Origin: an uncultured Candidatus Saccharibacteria bacterium
GTDB taxonomy: Bacteria > Patescibacteriota > JABMPQ01 > JAQVVF01
Assembly: GCA_964574655.1 (NCBI GenBank)
Contig: CAZNOH010000001.1
Span: forward strand, 137,852 to 201,851
Direction: 5' to 3'
DNA length: 64,000 nucleotides
Shown here: positions 54,847-64,000 of the stretch, piece after piece
Layout of the letters: each line of letters opens with the position of its first letter
Numbering within the stretch: the first letter of the stretch is position 1
Notes under the pieces: model-generated
What the model saw: the letters and a program-made list of their open reading frames with translations, nothing else
The model's database searches: none
What the model was told of the DNA's origin: nothing
Translations under genes and position numbers: made by a program

Positions 54847-56187
54847 TTATTTGTTTTCGCGAGCTACTGAGATATGAAGTGGAGCGCTTTCAAATCCATA
54901 TTTTTCATGTATTTTTCTTCCAAGAAATCTTAAATATTGAGGAGCAATTGTTTCTGGTCCTTCTAAATAGAGATTGAATTTTGGCGGATTGGTTCTAAAT
55001 TGAATAAGTTTAATCAATGTAGGTCTTTTTTGTGATTTTTTATTTCGATGAGGAGGATATTCTTTTAACAATTCGTGTAAAAATTCTGTTAGCTCTTCTT
55101 TGTCAATGACTTTTTTTCTTTCTTTGTCAGCTACAAGCACTAAATCCAAAATTTCTTTAATGTTTTGATCGGTTTTTGCAGAAGTAAAAACAATTGGAGC
55201 GAAATACAGAAAGTTGAAATTAGAGCGAAGAGATTCAGCAAATTTATCAATATCGCTTTGTTTTTGATCAATTAAATCAAGCTTATTAACTATAATAATA
55301 ACACTTGCATTGCTTTCGAGGATTCTTTCAGAAATTCTCTGGTCTTGTCTAGATAAAAAATCATCGCAGCTTAAAATGAATAAGATAATATTGCAGTCTT
55401 GAATTGTTTCTAAGCTTTTCCTGATAGAAAATTTTTCAATGCCATATCTTGCTTCTCTTTTTCTTTTAATTCCAGCTGAGTCGATCAAAGTTATATGCTT
55501 GTCTTTGTATTCGATTACATTTTCAATTGCATCTCGTGTTGTTCCTGGAATAGCAGAAACAATAACTTTTTTTTCACCAATTAAAGCATTAATTATAGAA
55601 GATTTTCCGACATTAGGTTTGCCAAAAAGGCCAACCTTGATTGGTTCCGAGTCAATTTCAATACTGTCTGATTTTTTTTCTTCTGTTTTTTTTATTAATG
55701 AAGAAATTTTATCAAGTAAGTCACCTGTGCCAACGCTTGTTAAGGCTGAAATTATTAGTGGTTTGCCAAGTCCTAGACCCTGCATTTCTTCGCCTTTTTG
55801 TCTTAAGTCGTCGTTATCGGCTTTGTTTGCAACAAGAATTATCGGTTTTTTTATTTTTTTAAGCTCTCTGGCAAAGCTAATATCTGGAGCAGTAATTCCA
55901 GTTCTAACATTTGTGATAAATAAAATAATATCTGCTTTCTCTAAAGCGAATTGTATTTGATCTTGGACACTTTTATTAATAACATCTTGTTTTTTGACTT
56001 TGTATTCAAAGCCACCAGTGTCAAATACGGTAAATATTTTTCCTCTCCAGCTTGTGTTGCCGTTGACAACATCTCTTGTTGTACCAGCAATTGGCGACGT
56101 AACAGCTCTGCCACGTCCAATGAGCTTGTTAAAAAGTGTTGATTTGCCACAGTTTGGTTGGCCAATGATGACGACGTTAGTATTCAT
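54847..56187 (-). CDS. der: Ribosome biogenesis GTPase Der
   Basis: Two GTPase domains (GQPNCGKST, GKPNVGKSS, GTTRD twice) and a KH-like C-terminus; ATG 56187 preferred. Confidence 0.95.
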   Translation of the reverse strand: MNTNVVIIGQPNCGKSTLFNKLIGRGRAVTSPIAGTTRDVVNGNTSWRGKIFTVFDTGGFEYKVKKQDVINKSVQDQIQFALEKADIILFITNVRTGITAPDISFARELKKIKKPIILVANKADNDDLRQKGEEMQGLGLGKPLIISALTSVGTGDLLDKISSLIKKTEEKKSDSIEIDSEPIKVGLFGKPNVGKSSIINALIGEKKVIVSAIPGTTRDAIENVIEYKDKHITLIDSAGIKRKREARYGIEKFSIRKSLETIQDCNIILFILSCDDFLSRQDQRISERILESNASVIIIVNKLDLIDQKQSDIDKFAESLRSNFNFLYFAPIVFTSAKTDQNIKEILDLVLVADKERKKVIDKEELTEFLHELLKEYPPHRNKKSQKRPTLIKLIQFRTNPPKFNLYLEGPETIAPQYLRFLGRKIHEKYGFESAPLHISVARENK

Positions 56188-57556
56188 AGCGAGGTAATTG
56201 CGAAAAATTTTTGCCAATAATCATGATAATATCTATTTGATTATTGTTAGCATTATATTCTTTCGGAATTGTTGTTGATTTAACGACTTTAGCATTAAAT
56301 CTGTTTTTTAAAAATTCAATGGTGTTTGGTTTTTTACCATTTGAGTAGTCATAGACTATTGTCTTGTTATAATCTATTTTAGATGCATTGTCAAGAGCTA
56401 ATATCTTGATATTGTCGTAAGCAATCATTGTGGCTGCTTCTTGTGCTTGATTTGGTGTTTCTGTTCCGTTTAATACTTTTATGTTTGCTGTCTCAATATC
56501 TTCTTGCTTTGGTTCAAAAACATTTTTGCAGTAATGATTAATTTCTGTAAAGTTATTTGATTTTGGCAAGAAAATGAATGAACCGTCTGAGCTTTCTGAA
56601 GCATAAAGCAGGCCGTTCGGAGAGTCATCTATAACGTGATTTTTCAGATCGTTAGAATCAATATTTTTAGCTAATTCTCCAAGTTTTATTATTTCCCATA
56701 ATTCTAGATTTGTTCTGATGTGATCGCCGATGATGTTAAAGAGGTCGTTGATTTTTTTGGGATTACTGATTGTCCAAAGCGACAAGGCTTCTTCTTTAGA
56801 TGCATAGAGGATTTGTTGTTGTCTTTTTGCTCTAGCGCTATCATTTGCTTCATAAGCTTCTGATCCGTCTATAACAACGCCATGACGAGAACGCGAGTAT
56901 TTTAGAGCTGTTTCTCCATCCATGTGGCTTAATCCTTTTTTAAAAGAAATAGTCTCAACACCAAAATCTTCAGTTGGATATTTTTCATCAATAAAGCTGT
57001 GTTCAATATCAACATCAATACCACCTACGGCATCGACTGCTTTTTTAAACCCTTCAAAATCTGCTTGAACATAATAATGTATAGGTAGGCCAGTGATATC
57101 CTCGATCGATTTAACAATGCGACTTGAATTTGGACTGCTATCTTTATCTAAAGCATAAACGCTGTTGATTTTCGTATTACCAAAATTTTTTAAATTAACA
57201 TATAGATCTCGCGGAATAGAAATTAATGCAACCCGTGGTTTGTCTTCTTCGTATTTGATGCTGAAAATAATTATTGTGTCAGTAAGCATTGCACCATCAT
57301 GTCCTTCGCCTCCAACGCCAAGAAGCAAAATATTGGTTCTTTTTTCATTTTCGCCTTTTAGTTTTTTGTTTGGAATAATAAATTTATGGAGTTGTCCTAA
57401 TAAGGAAGTGTTAGAAGCCGTGACTTTAAAAATAGTCTTTCCAATTGAAAAAACTTTATAAGAGATTAATGACGAAATTAATAAAAAAACAATCAGAAAT
57501 AGTGGTATGATATTTTTCTTGTAATTCTTTAATTTTTCGTTGAGCTTTGTTATCAT
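56177..57556 (-). CDS. LCP (LytR-CpsA-Psr) family protein with LytR C-terminal domain
   Basis: NILLLG, TDTII, SIPRDL, KIN, ALKYSRSR, D..RAKRQQ, IKVLNGT. Confidence 0.92.
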   Translation of the reverse strand: MITKLNEKLKNYKKNIIPLFLIVFLLISSLISYKVFSIGKTIFKVTASNTSLLGQLHKFIIPNKKLKGENEKRTNILLLGVGGEGHDGAMLTDTIIIFSIKYEEDKPRVALISIPRDLYVNLKNFGNTKINSVYALDKDSSPNSSRIVKSIEDITGLPIHYYVQADFEGFKKAVDAVGGIDVDIEHSFIDEKYPTEDFGVETISFKKGLSHMDGETALKYSRSRHGVVIDGSEAYEANDSARAKRQQQILYASKEEALSLWTISNPKKINDLFNIIGDHIRTNLELWEIIKLGELAKNIDSNDLKNHVIDDSPNGLLYASESSDGSFIFLPKSNNFTEINHYCKNVFEPKQEDIETANIKVLNGTETPNQAQEAATMIAYDNIKILALDNASKIDYNKTIVYDYSNGKKPNTIEFLKNRFNAKVVKSTTIPKEYNANNNQIDIIMIIGKNFSQLPRYEY

Positions 57557-57697
57557 GTATATGTATTATATAAGTTGTTGTTTGTTGATGTCAATTGGTC
57601 TTGCTAATATTTCTTTGGTTGTGGTATAATTATGTAAATATAAAGTGTTTATTTTATTGATTTCGCTTTTTTTTTAAAAAAGCCTTGGAGGTTTTTA

Positions 57698-58282
57698 ATG
57701 GAAACAAAAACAGTACAAAAGACTTCAACAAAAGAATTCGTTGTTGAATTGGTAAAGATAATTTTAATTTCTTTGGCAATCATTGTTCCTGTCAGATATT
57801 TTTTATTTCAGCCTTTTTTTGTGAGAGGTGAAAGCATGGAGCCAAATTTTTCAGATGGTCAGTATTTAATTGTTGATGAAATTAGCTATCGTTTTGATAA
57901 ACCAAAAAGAGGAGATGTGGTTATTTTTAAATATCCTAAAGATCCATCCCAATATTTTATTAAGAGAATTATTGGTTTACCAGGAGAAAGACTTGAAATT
58001 TTTGATGGAAGTGTTAAAGTGTATAACCAAGATCATTCAGAAGGAGTTTTGGTTGATGAAAGTTATTTGCCGTCTGATTTGAAGACTCCAGGCAGAATTG
58101 ACTATAAGGTTAATGAGAATGAATATTTTGTTATGGGAGACAATAGGAAAGCAAGCAGTGATTCGAGGATATGGGGGTCATTGCCAAGGGCAAATCTAAT
58201 TGGACGTGTTTGGCTTCGAGGTTGGCCATTGGCAAAGGTCGGTATTTTTAAGACTCCCTTTTACTTCAGTGTTAAAAATTAA
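57698..58282 (+). CDS. lepB: Signal peptidase I
   Basis: GESMEPN, RGDVVIF, FIKRIIGLPGE, GDNR..SSDSR. Confidence 0.95.
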   Translation: METKTVQKTSTKEFVVELVKIILISLAIIVPVRYFLFQPFFVRGESMEPNFSDGQYLIVDEISYRFDKPKRGDVVIFKYPKDPSQYFIKRIIGLPGERLEIFDGSVKVYNQDHSEGVLVDESYLPSDLKTPGRIDYKVNENEYFVMGDNRKASSDSRIWGSLPRANLIGRVWLRGWPLAKVGIFKTPFYFSVKN

Positions 58283-58296
58283 ATTTAATTAACCAT

Positions 58297-59631
58297 ATGG
58301 GCAGACCAAAGAAAACATTAAAGAAACCTAAGCTAAGAGTAAGAAAAAAATTCGTTGAGAAAGTTAAGGGGATGCACGATATATTACCTTCAGAAACGCC
58401 TTATTGGGATTTGTTTTTAAAAGTCGTTGAAAAAACAACAGCTGTTTTTGGTTTTAATAAATTTGAAACCCCGATTTTAGAAAATACTGAGTTGTTCCAA
58501 AGATCAACGGGAGAGAACACAGATATTGTTCAGAAGGAAATGTTTTCTTTTGTGGATAAGGGAGGAGATGATTTGACGTTGAGACCTGAGGGTACGCCAG
58601 GTGTTGTTAGGTCATATATAGAAAATGGAATGCATACTTATCCGCAGCCAGTAAAAGTGTATTATATTGCTCCAATGTTCCGAAGAGAAAAGCCTCAAGC
58701 CGGAAGACAGCGAGAATTTCATCAATTTAATGTTGAAGCATTAGGAAGTTCAAAGCCAGTGATTGATGCTCAAGTAATTTTTATTGCTTGGAAAGTTTTG
58801 AAAGGGATAGGCTTGAACAATTTTGAGGTTCAGATCAACAGCGTTGGTTGTAGAGTTTGTCGTGAACAGTATCGTGAAATGTTGGTTGATTTTATGTCGA
58901 GTAAAAAGCAAAGATTGTGTATTGATTGCAAGAAAAGATTAAAAAAGAATCCCTTGAGAATCTTAGATTGTAAAAATTCAAGATGCCAGGAAGTGGTTAG
59001 CGAGGCTCCGCAAATTATTGATTATCTTTGTGAAGAATGTCACAATCATTTTAAGGAAGTATTGGAATATTTAGATGAAGCGAAGATTTCTTATAATCTG
59101 AATTCGAAATTAGTTCGAGGATTGGATTATTATACAAAGACTGTTTTTGAAATTTGGCCGACTGGTGAAAAGGCTAATGCTTCTCAGGGAAGTTTTGGCG
59201 GAGGCGGTAGATATGATGATTTAGTGGAAATAATGGGCGGTAGAGAAACTTCGGCAATTGGCATGGCTTTAGGCGTAGAGAGAATAATTAATTGTTTAAA
59301 AGAAAGCAAAGATCGAAATGATATTTTTATAAAAAAACCGGATGTTATGTTTGTGCAACTAGGCGATATGGCTAGAAAGAAAGCTTTAGGAATTATTAAT
59401 ACATTAATGGATAATGGTATTTCTATTGTTGAGAATTTGCATAAAGATAGCATAAGATCTCAATTAAGATTTGCTAGCAATTCAGGTGTTCGATATGCAT
59501 TGATTTTGGGTCAAAAGGAAGTTTTGGATAAGAGTATATTAATTAGAGATATGCAAAGTGGCATTCAGGAAGTTTTGAATCAGGATAACCTGGCAGCTGA
59601 GATCAAGAAGAAGTTAAGTCAAAGGAATTAG
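58297..59631 (+). CDS. hisS: Histidine--tRNA ligase
   Basis: KGMHD, LRPEGT, FRREKPQAGR, LVRGLDYY, GGGRYD. Confidence 0.97.
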   Translation: MGRPKKTLKKPKLRVRKKFVEKVKGMHDILPSETPYWDLFLKVVEKTTAVFGFNKFETPILENTELFQRSTGENTDIVQKEMFSFVDKGGDDLTLRPEGTPGVVRSYIENGMHTYPQPVKVYYIAPMFRREKPQAGRQREFHQFNVEALGSSKPVIDAQVIFIAWKVLKGIGLNNFEVQINSVGCRVCREQYREMLVDFMSSKKQRLCIDCKKRLKKNPLRILDCKNSRCQEVVSEAPQIIDYLCEECHNHFKEVLEYLDEAKISYNLNSKLVRGLDYYTKTVFEIWPTGEKANASQGSFGGGGRYDDLVEIMGGRETSAIGMALGVERIINCLKESKDRNDIFIKKPDVMFVQLGDMARKKALGIINTLMDNGISIVENLHKDSIRSQLRFASNSGVRYALILGQKEVLDKSILIRDMQSGIQEVLNQDNLAAEIKKKLSQRN

Positions 59632-59670
59632 TTTAATAACTATATTATATAAGAAAGGTGGGTGAATCTA

Positions 59671-59904
59671 ATGGTTGATGTAACTAAAAGAGGCGATGAA
59701 AAAATTGAGAGCATGTTAAGAAGATTTAAGAAACAGCTTTTAAGAAGCGGAGTTTTGGTTTTGGCAAGAAGTAAAAAGCGCTTTGAAAGAAAGAAGAGCA
59801 AGAATTTAACAAGAAGAAGCGCGATTAAGCGAAGTGAGTTTAGAAAAGAAAGAGACTATCTTCGCAAGATTGGTAAATTAGATAGTCAAGCATTCAAACA
59901 ATGA
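59671..59904 (+). CDS. rpsU: 30S ribosomal protein bS21 (divergent)
   Basis: E.IESMLRRFKKQ...G basic pattern; lies before ybeY/dgkA. Confidence 0.75.
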   Translation: MVDVTKRGDEKIESMLRRFKKQLLRSGVLVLARSKKRFERKKSKNLTRRSAIKRSEFRKERDYLRKIGKLDSQAFKQ

Positions 59905-60314
59905 TTTTTATCAATCGCACAAAGAATAAAGCAAGTAAAAACTTTTTTGAAAAGATAGCTAGAGATACCTTTAGCTATCTGAATGAAAAAAGTAATTATG
60001 ATTTTGATCTTTTTTTAGTCGGAGATGATGAAATAAGAAATTTGAATAACAAATATCGCAAAATAGATAAGGTGACTGATGTCTTGTCGTTCAATATAAA
60101 AGAAGATAATTTTTTAGGGCAGATTTTCATCTGTTTTGATCAAGTAACCAGACAAGCAAAAAAGGTTAGAAGAGATGAGAATGAAGAATTGGCAGAAATT
60201 TTGATTCATGGAATTTTACATCTTTTGGATTATTCTGATGAGGATGAGAAGGGCTACAAAAAAATGGTTTTTTTGCAAAAGGCAATATTAAAAAAACAAA
60301 ATGAAAATAATTGA
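59901..60314 (+). CDS. ybeY: rRNA maturation RNase YbeY
   Basis: LNNKYR.IDKVTDVLSF, IHGILHLLDY. Confidence 0.92.
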   Translation: MIFINRTKNKASKNFFEKIARDTFSYLNEKSNYDFDLFLVGDDEIRNLNNKYRKIDKVTDVLSFNIKEDNFLGQIFICFDQVTRQAKKVRRDENEELAEILIHGILHLLDYSDEDEKGYKKMVFLQKAILKKQNENN

Positions 60315-60678
60315 TTTAAAAAGGTTAGTCAAAAGTTTTGGTTATTCTTTTAGGGGTTTGATTTATACATTCAAAGAAGAGCAAAATTTCAGAATTCATC
60401 TTTTTGTGGCAATGATTGTGATTATTTTGATGATATTTTTTAGAGTATCAAGATTGGAGGCCTTGGTTTTAATAATAGCAATGACGTTAGTTATTTTTGC
60501 TGAATTAATTAATTCTATTTTCGAAAGAATCGTTGATATCTTGAAGCCAAGAATACATTCTTACGCGATGGTTATTAAAGATATGATGGCTGCAACAGTT
60601 CTGGTAGCAGCTCTTGCCGCGGTTGCAATCGGTATAATTATTTTCTTGCCAAGAGTTTTAGATTTGTTTAATATTTAA
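60301..60678 (+). CDS. dgkA: Diacylglycerol/undecaprenol kinase
   Basis: SFGYSFRGL..EQNFRIH, ELINS.FERIVD, KDM.A. Confidence 0.9.
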   Translation: MKIIDLKRLVKSFGYSFRGLIYTFKEEQNFRIHLFVAMIVIILMIFFRVSRLEALVLIIAMTLVIFAELINSIFERIVDILKPRIHSYAMVIKDMMAATVLVAALAAVAIGIIIFLPRVLDLFNI

Positions 60679-60773
60679 TTATCAACAAATCTATCTTACA
60701 ATTTATCTATTTTTTTGTTAAAATAAATTTGTTATTGCAAAGAATTATATTTACAAAACAAAATAAAAATTAA

Positions 60774-62009
60774 ATGCCTAAAGAAGAAATTATTGTTGGA
60801 CTGGATATAGGGTCTCACAAAATTAGAACAATCGTTTCAAGAGTTAATTTTGAAACAGAAAAGCCTCAGATTATTGGTTTGGGGGAGTCTTTTTCTAATG
60901 GAATAAGGCGCGGAGTAGTTGTTGACGTTGAAGAAGCAACTAGTAGCATATCTTCTTCTATAGAAAAAGCTGAAAGGACAAGTGGTGTTCCAATTGAGCA
61001 TGCTTTTGTTTCGGTCGGTGGCAGCCATGTTATTTCTGAAAGTAGTAAAGGTGTTATTGCTGTTGGACGTGCTGATAATGAAATTACTGATGACGATGTT
61101 TCAAGATCTATTGATGCTGCGTCAGCTATTTCTTTGCCGCCAAATCATGAGATTTTGCATGTTATACCTAGATATTTTATCGTTGACAATCAAGAAGGTA
61201 TAAAAGATCCAGTTGGAATGAATGGAGTGAGATTAGAAGTGGAAGCAGTAATAGTCGAAGGTGCAACATCATACATAAAAAATTTAACTAAATGTATTGC
61301 CAGAGCTGGCATTGAAATTGACGATTTAATTGTTTCACCTCTATCAGCTAGCTATTCTGTGCTATCAAAAAAACAGAAAGAGTTGGGCGTTGTTTTAGTA
61401 GATATCGGTGGAGGAACAACAGGATTGGTTGTTTATGAAGAAGGCGATCTAATGACTGTATCTGTTTTGCCAATTGGTTCAGAACACATAACTAATGATT
61501 TGGCTATTGGTCTCAGAACGTCAATCGAAGATGCAGAAAGGATAAAATTAGAATATGGAGTAGCAATGACTTCTGATGTTGATAAAAGAGATGAGGTTGA
61601 TTTGTCTAAAATTGTTGGTGGCGAGCCGCAACTAGTTTCTAGAAAAAAGATTGTTGAAATAATTGAAGCAAGATTATCAGAGATGTTTTCAATGATTGAT
61701 AAAGAGCTAAGGAAAATTGATAGGTCTGGTAAATTGCCTGCTGGAATAGTGTTGTGCGGGGGTGGTGCGAAATTACCAAATATTGTAGATTTAGCAAAAA
61801 AGGAATTAAGATTGCCTGCACAAATCGGTTTTCCAGAAAGTATTCCTGGAGTAGTTGATAAAATGGACGATCCATCATATGCAACTTCCGAAGGTCTAAT
61901 TATGTGGGGCTTAAGTCATGTTGAGGAAAGAAAAGATATTCCTGGTATTTCTTCAATGGGTAATACAGTAGATAAAATAAAAGGTTGGTTTAAAACATTT
62001 CTTCCTTAA
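60774..62009 (+). CDS. ftsA: Cell division protein FtsA
   Basis: GLDIGSHKI, DIGGGTT, ITNDLA, AERIK, GGGAKL. Confidence 0.97.
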   Translation: MPKEEIIVGLDIGSHKIRTIVSRVNFETEKPQIIGLGESFSNGIRRGVVVDVEEATSSISSSIEKAERTSGVPIEHAFVSVGGSHVISESSKGVIAVGRADNEITDDDVSRSIDAASAISLPPNHEILHVIPRYFIVDNQEGIKDPVGMNGVRLEVEAVIVEGATSYIKNLTKCIARAGIEIDDLIVSPLSASYSVLSKKQKELGVVLVDIGGGTTGLVVYEEGDLMTVSVLPIGSEHITNDLAIGLRTSIEDAERIKLEYGVAMTSDVDKRDEVDLSKIVGGEPQLVSRKKIVEIIEARLSEMFSMIDKELRKIDRSGKLPAGIVLCGGGAKLPNIVDLAKKELRLPAQIGFPESIPGVVDKMDDPSYATSEGLIMWGLSHVEERKDIPGISSMGNTVDKIKGWFKTFLP

Positions 62010-62035
62010 TTTGGTGTAAACAAAATTTGAACAGT

Positions 62036-62056
62036 TTGAACAATAGTCTTGTTCAA
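62036..62056. promoter_or_regulatory. TTGAACA-N7-TGTTCAA palindrome upstream of ftsZ (putative operator)
   Basis: ttgaacaatagtcttgttcaa; same motif at 63424-63444. Confidence 0.45.
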
Positions 62057-62162
62057 CTTATCCACATTGATTCTTGATGAATAAATTTTTTTAAACTATA
62101 ATGAGCTATTAGATAAGCTCATTTTTTGTTTAGAAATATTTTTTAGCATTTAAGATAAATTT

Positions 62163-63308
62163 ATGGAGATAAAACCAGAAATTGATACATATGCGAAAAT
62201 TAAAGTAATTGGTGTCGGAGGCGGTGGTTGTTCAGCGGTAAGCAGAATGCATTCTTCAAGCATGAAGGGTGTTGATTTTATTATTGTTAATACAGATGCA
62301 CAAGCATTGCAGGTGTCTAACATTAAAACAAGAATTAATATTGGCAAGACCTTGACTAGAGGATTAGGCGCTGGCATGAATCCTGAGATAGGCAGACAAG
62401 CTGCTGAAGAAGAACAGGAAGAAATTCAAGAAGCAGTAAAAGGCAGTGATATGGTTTTTATAACATGTGGACTTGGCGGTGGAACTGGTACTGGTGCAGC
62501 TCCTGTTATAGCAAGTATTGCTAAAGAAGCTGGTGCTTTAACTGTTGGCGTAGTAACGAAACCTTTTTCTTTTGAAGGGGCGCAAAGAAATGAAATTGCT
62601 GAGAAAGGACATGAAGAGTTGGAGAGCAAGGTTGACACATTAATTACGGTTCCAAACGATAAATTATTACAAATAATTGATAAGAAAACTTCTTTAACCG
62701 ATGCTTTTAAAGTGGTTGATGAAGTTTTAAGGCAAGGCGTTCAAGGTATTTCTGACTTGATTACAGTTCCTGGAGTTGTTAATGTTGACTTTGCTGATGT
62801 TCGAGCGATTATGGAAGGTACTGGTTCAGCATTAATGGGTATTGGCGTTGCTTCAGGTGAAAACAGAGCTGCCGAGGCTGCAAAGAAAGCAATTGATAGT
62901 CCTCTGCTTGAGCAATCAGTTGATGGAGCTACTGGCGTATTATTTAATGTTTGTGGCGGTGATGATTTAGGAATGTTAGAGATTGATGAAGCTGCTAAAG
63001 TTATAACAGAATCGGTTGATCCAAAAGCTAAGATTATTTTTGGTGCTGTCAGAGATGAGAGCCTAAACAATGAAATAAAAATTACTGTGATTGCAACTGG
63101 TTTTTCATCAAAGAAAAAGAAAAAAAACTTGGATGGCACAATGCCATTGTCAGCAACAGCTTCTGCTCAAAATGATGTTTTTAAAGGTTTTAGCTATCAA
63201 TCAGTTGATAATAATAGGCCAAAAATTCAAGAGCCTCGCAGACCGATCGAAGCTGATGATGATGAATTAGATGTTCCGGCTTTCATAAGAAGAAAGCTGA
63301 ATAAGTAA
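62163..63308 (+). CDS. ftsZ: Cell division protein FtsZ
   Basis: GVGGGG, GGGTGTG, NVDFAD, C-terminal LDVPAFIRR. Confidence 0.98.
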   Translation: MEIKPEIDTYAKIKVIGVGGGGCSAVSRMHSSSMKGVDFIIVNTDAQALQVSNIKTRINIGKTLTRGLGAGMNPEIGRQAAEEEQEEIQEAVKGSDMVFITCGLGGGTGTGAAPVIASIAKEAGALTVGVVTKPFSFEGAQRNEIAEKGHEELESKVDTLITVPNDKLLQIIDKKTSLTDAFKVVDEVLRQGVQGISDLITVPGVVNVDFADVRAIMEGTGSALMGIGVASGENRAAEAAKKAIDSPLLEQSVDGATGVLFNVCGGDDLGMLEIDEAAKVITESVDPKAKIIFGAVRDESLNNEIKITVIATGFSSKKKKKNLDGTMPLSATASAQNDVFKGFSYQSVDNNRPKIQEPRRPIEADDDELDVPAFIRRKLNK

Positions 63309-63335
63309 TTATAAAATATTAAATATTAGATATTA

Positions 63336-63360
63336 GTCCGTGAAATCTCACGGACTTTTT
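63336..63360 (+). terminator. Intrinsic terminator after ftsZ
   Basis: agtccgtga-aatc-tcacggact plus T run. Confidence 0.75.
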
Positions 63361-63436
63361 GTTATAATTAGATTTGTCTGATTGAACAAAGATTTTGATC
63401 TTTAATTTATTTTATTATTTTAATTGAACAGATATA

Positions 63437-64000
63437 GTGTTCAAATTAACTAAAGCAAAAATATTTTTTTGGCTTGGTGTGTTATTTCTGGGAGGGATTT
63501 TTTTATCTCAATTTTTTGTTTTTAATTTGATCATTAAATTAGCGCTTTTGAATTGCGCTTTTATTTTGATTTTTATTTGGCATAAATTCAAGGTGTGTTT
63601 AGCAATTGGATTTGGAATTATTGTTTTTCTACTTGGAATGTTTCGATATGATATGGCATTGCCAAAAGTGAATGATAATTGGATTCAAAGTCATAATGAA
63701 AAAGACGAGATTGTATTGATTGGAACTGTTGTTGTTGAGCCCGACTTACGAATAGAAAACACAAAACTAGTGCTTGGAAATTTGGAATTAAGAGAGCTCA
63801 ATAAAAATCTTTTTGGCAGGATTTTAGTTACAGTGCCTAAATATCCAGAATTTAATTATGGCGATAAATTGGAAGTAAAAGCAAAATTAAAAGATCCAGG
63901 AGAGTTTAATGAATTTAATTATCGTGATTATTTGGCAAAATCAGGTATCTATTCTGTAGCTTATAATCCAGAGGTTGTACTGATTGATAAGAATAAAGGA
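63437..64000 (+). CDS. comEC: ComEC/Rec2 competence protein, 5' part (runs off window end)
   Basis: Hand translation from GTG 63437: TM helices then an OB-fold (DUF4131-like) region ending YGDKLEV...PGEFNEFNYRDYLAKSGIYS. Confidence 0.85.
   Translation, partial: MFKLTKAKIFFWLGVLFLGGIFLSQFFVFNLIIKLALLNCAFILIFIWHKFKVCLAIGFGIIVFLLGMFRYDMALPKVNDNWIQSHNEKDEIVLIGTVVVEPDLRIENTKLVLGNLELRELNKNLFGRILVTVPKYPEFNYGDKLEVKAKLKDPGEFNEFNYRDYLAKSGIYSVAYNPEVVLIDKNKG

Noticed and set aside
1-64000. CRISPR array or cas genes
   Set aside because: The repeats are dispersed hairpins or short tandem units, with no regular repeat-spacer pattern and no Cas-like ORF.

Overview
Low-GC bacterial chromosomal segment, most consistent with a Patescibacteria (CPR, Parcubacteria-like) genome using genetic code 11. 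This is inferred from the gene set, AT-rich leaders without Shine-Dalgarno sites, domain-inserted aminoacyl-tRNA synthetases and the repeat types. It holds a copper-resistance cluster (two P1B ATPases, CsoR with operator, HMA/DsbD-like/cupredoxin protein), many housekeeping genes (ileS, recO, tgt, glyS, rsmI, metG, tatD, leuS, glmS, glyA, parA/parB, rel, topA, dprA, mfd, pth, der, lepB, hisS, rpsU, ybeY, dgkA, ftsA, ftsZ, comEC) and one tRNA-Leu(CAA). The unusual features sit on top of this core: (1) a family of 29-39 nt palindromic elements (13 copies seen, all in one orientation) inserted in frame in proteins, into each other and into a T-box riboswitch, plus other palindrome and 7-10 nt tandem-repeat families; (2) an ileS T-box with an apparently ultrashort Stem I (AUC in the terminal loop) coupled to an intrinsic terminator; (3) IleRS and LeuRS carrying whole inserted domains; (4) a class of self-contained, strong-SD accessory genes wedged between SD-less core genes, with duplicated leaders or terminators; (5) a candidate stand-alone structured RNA with an anti-SD stretch. 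No CRISPR array, rRNA, transposase or integrase was seen. All calls were made by eye without tools.
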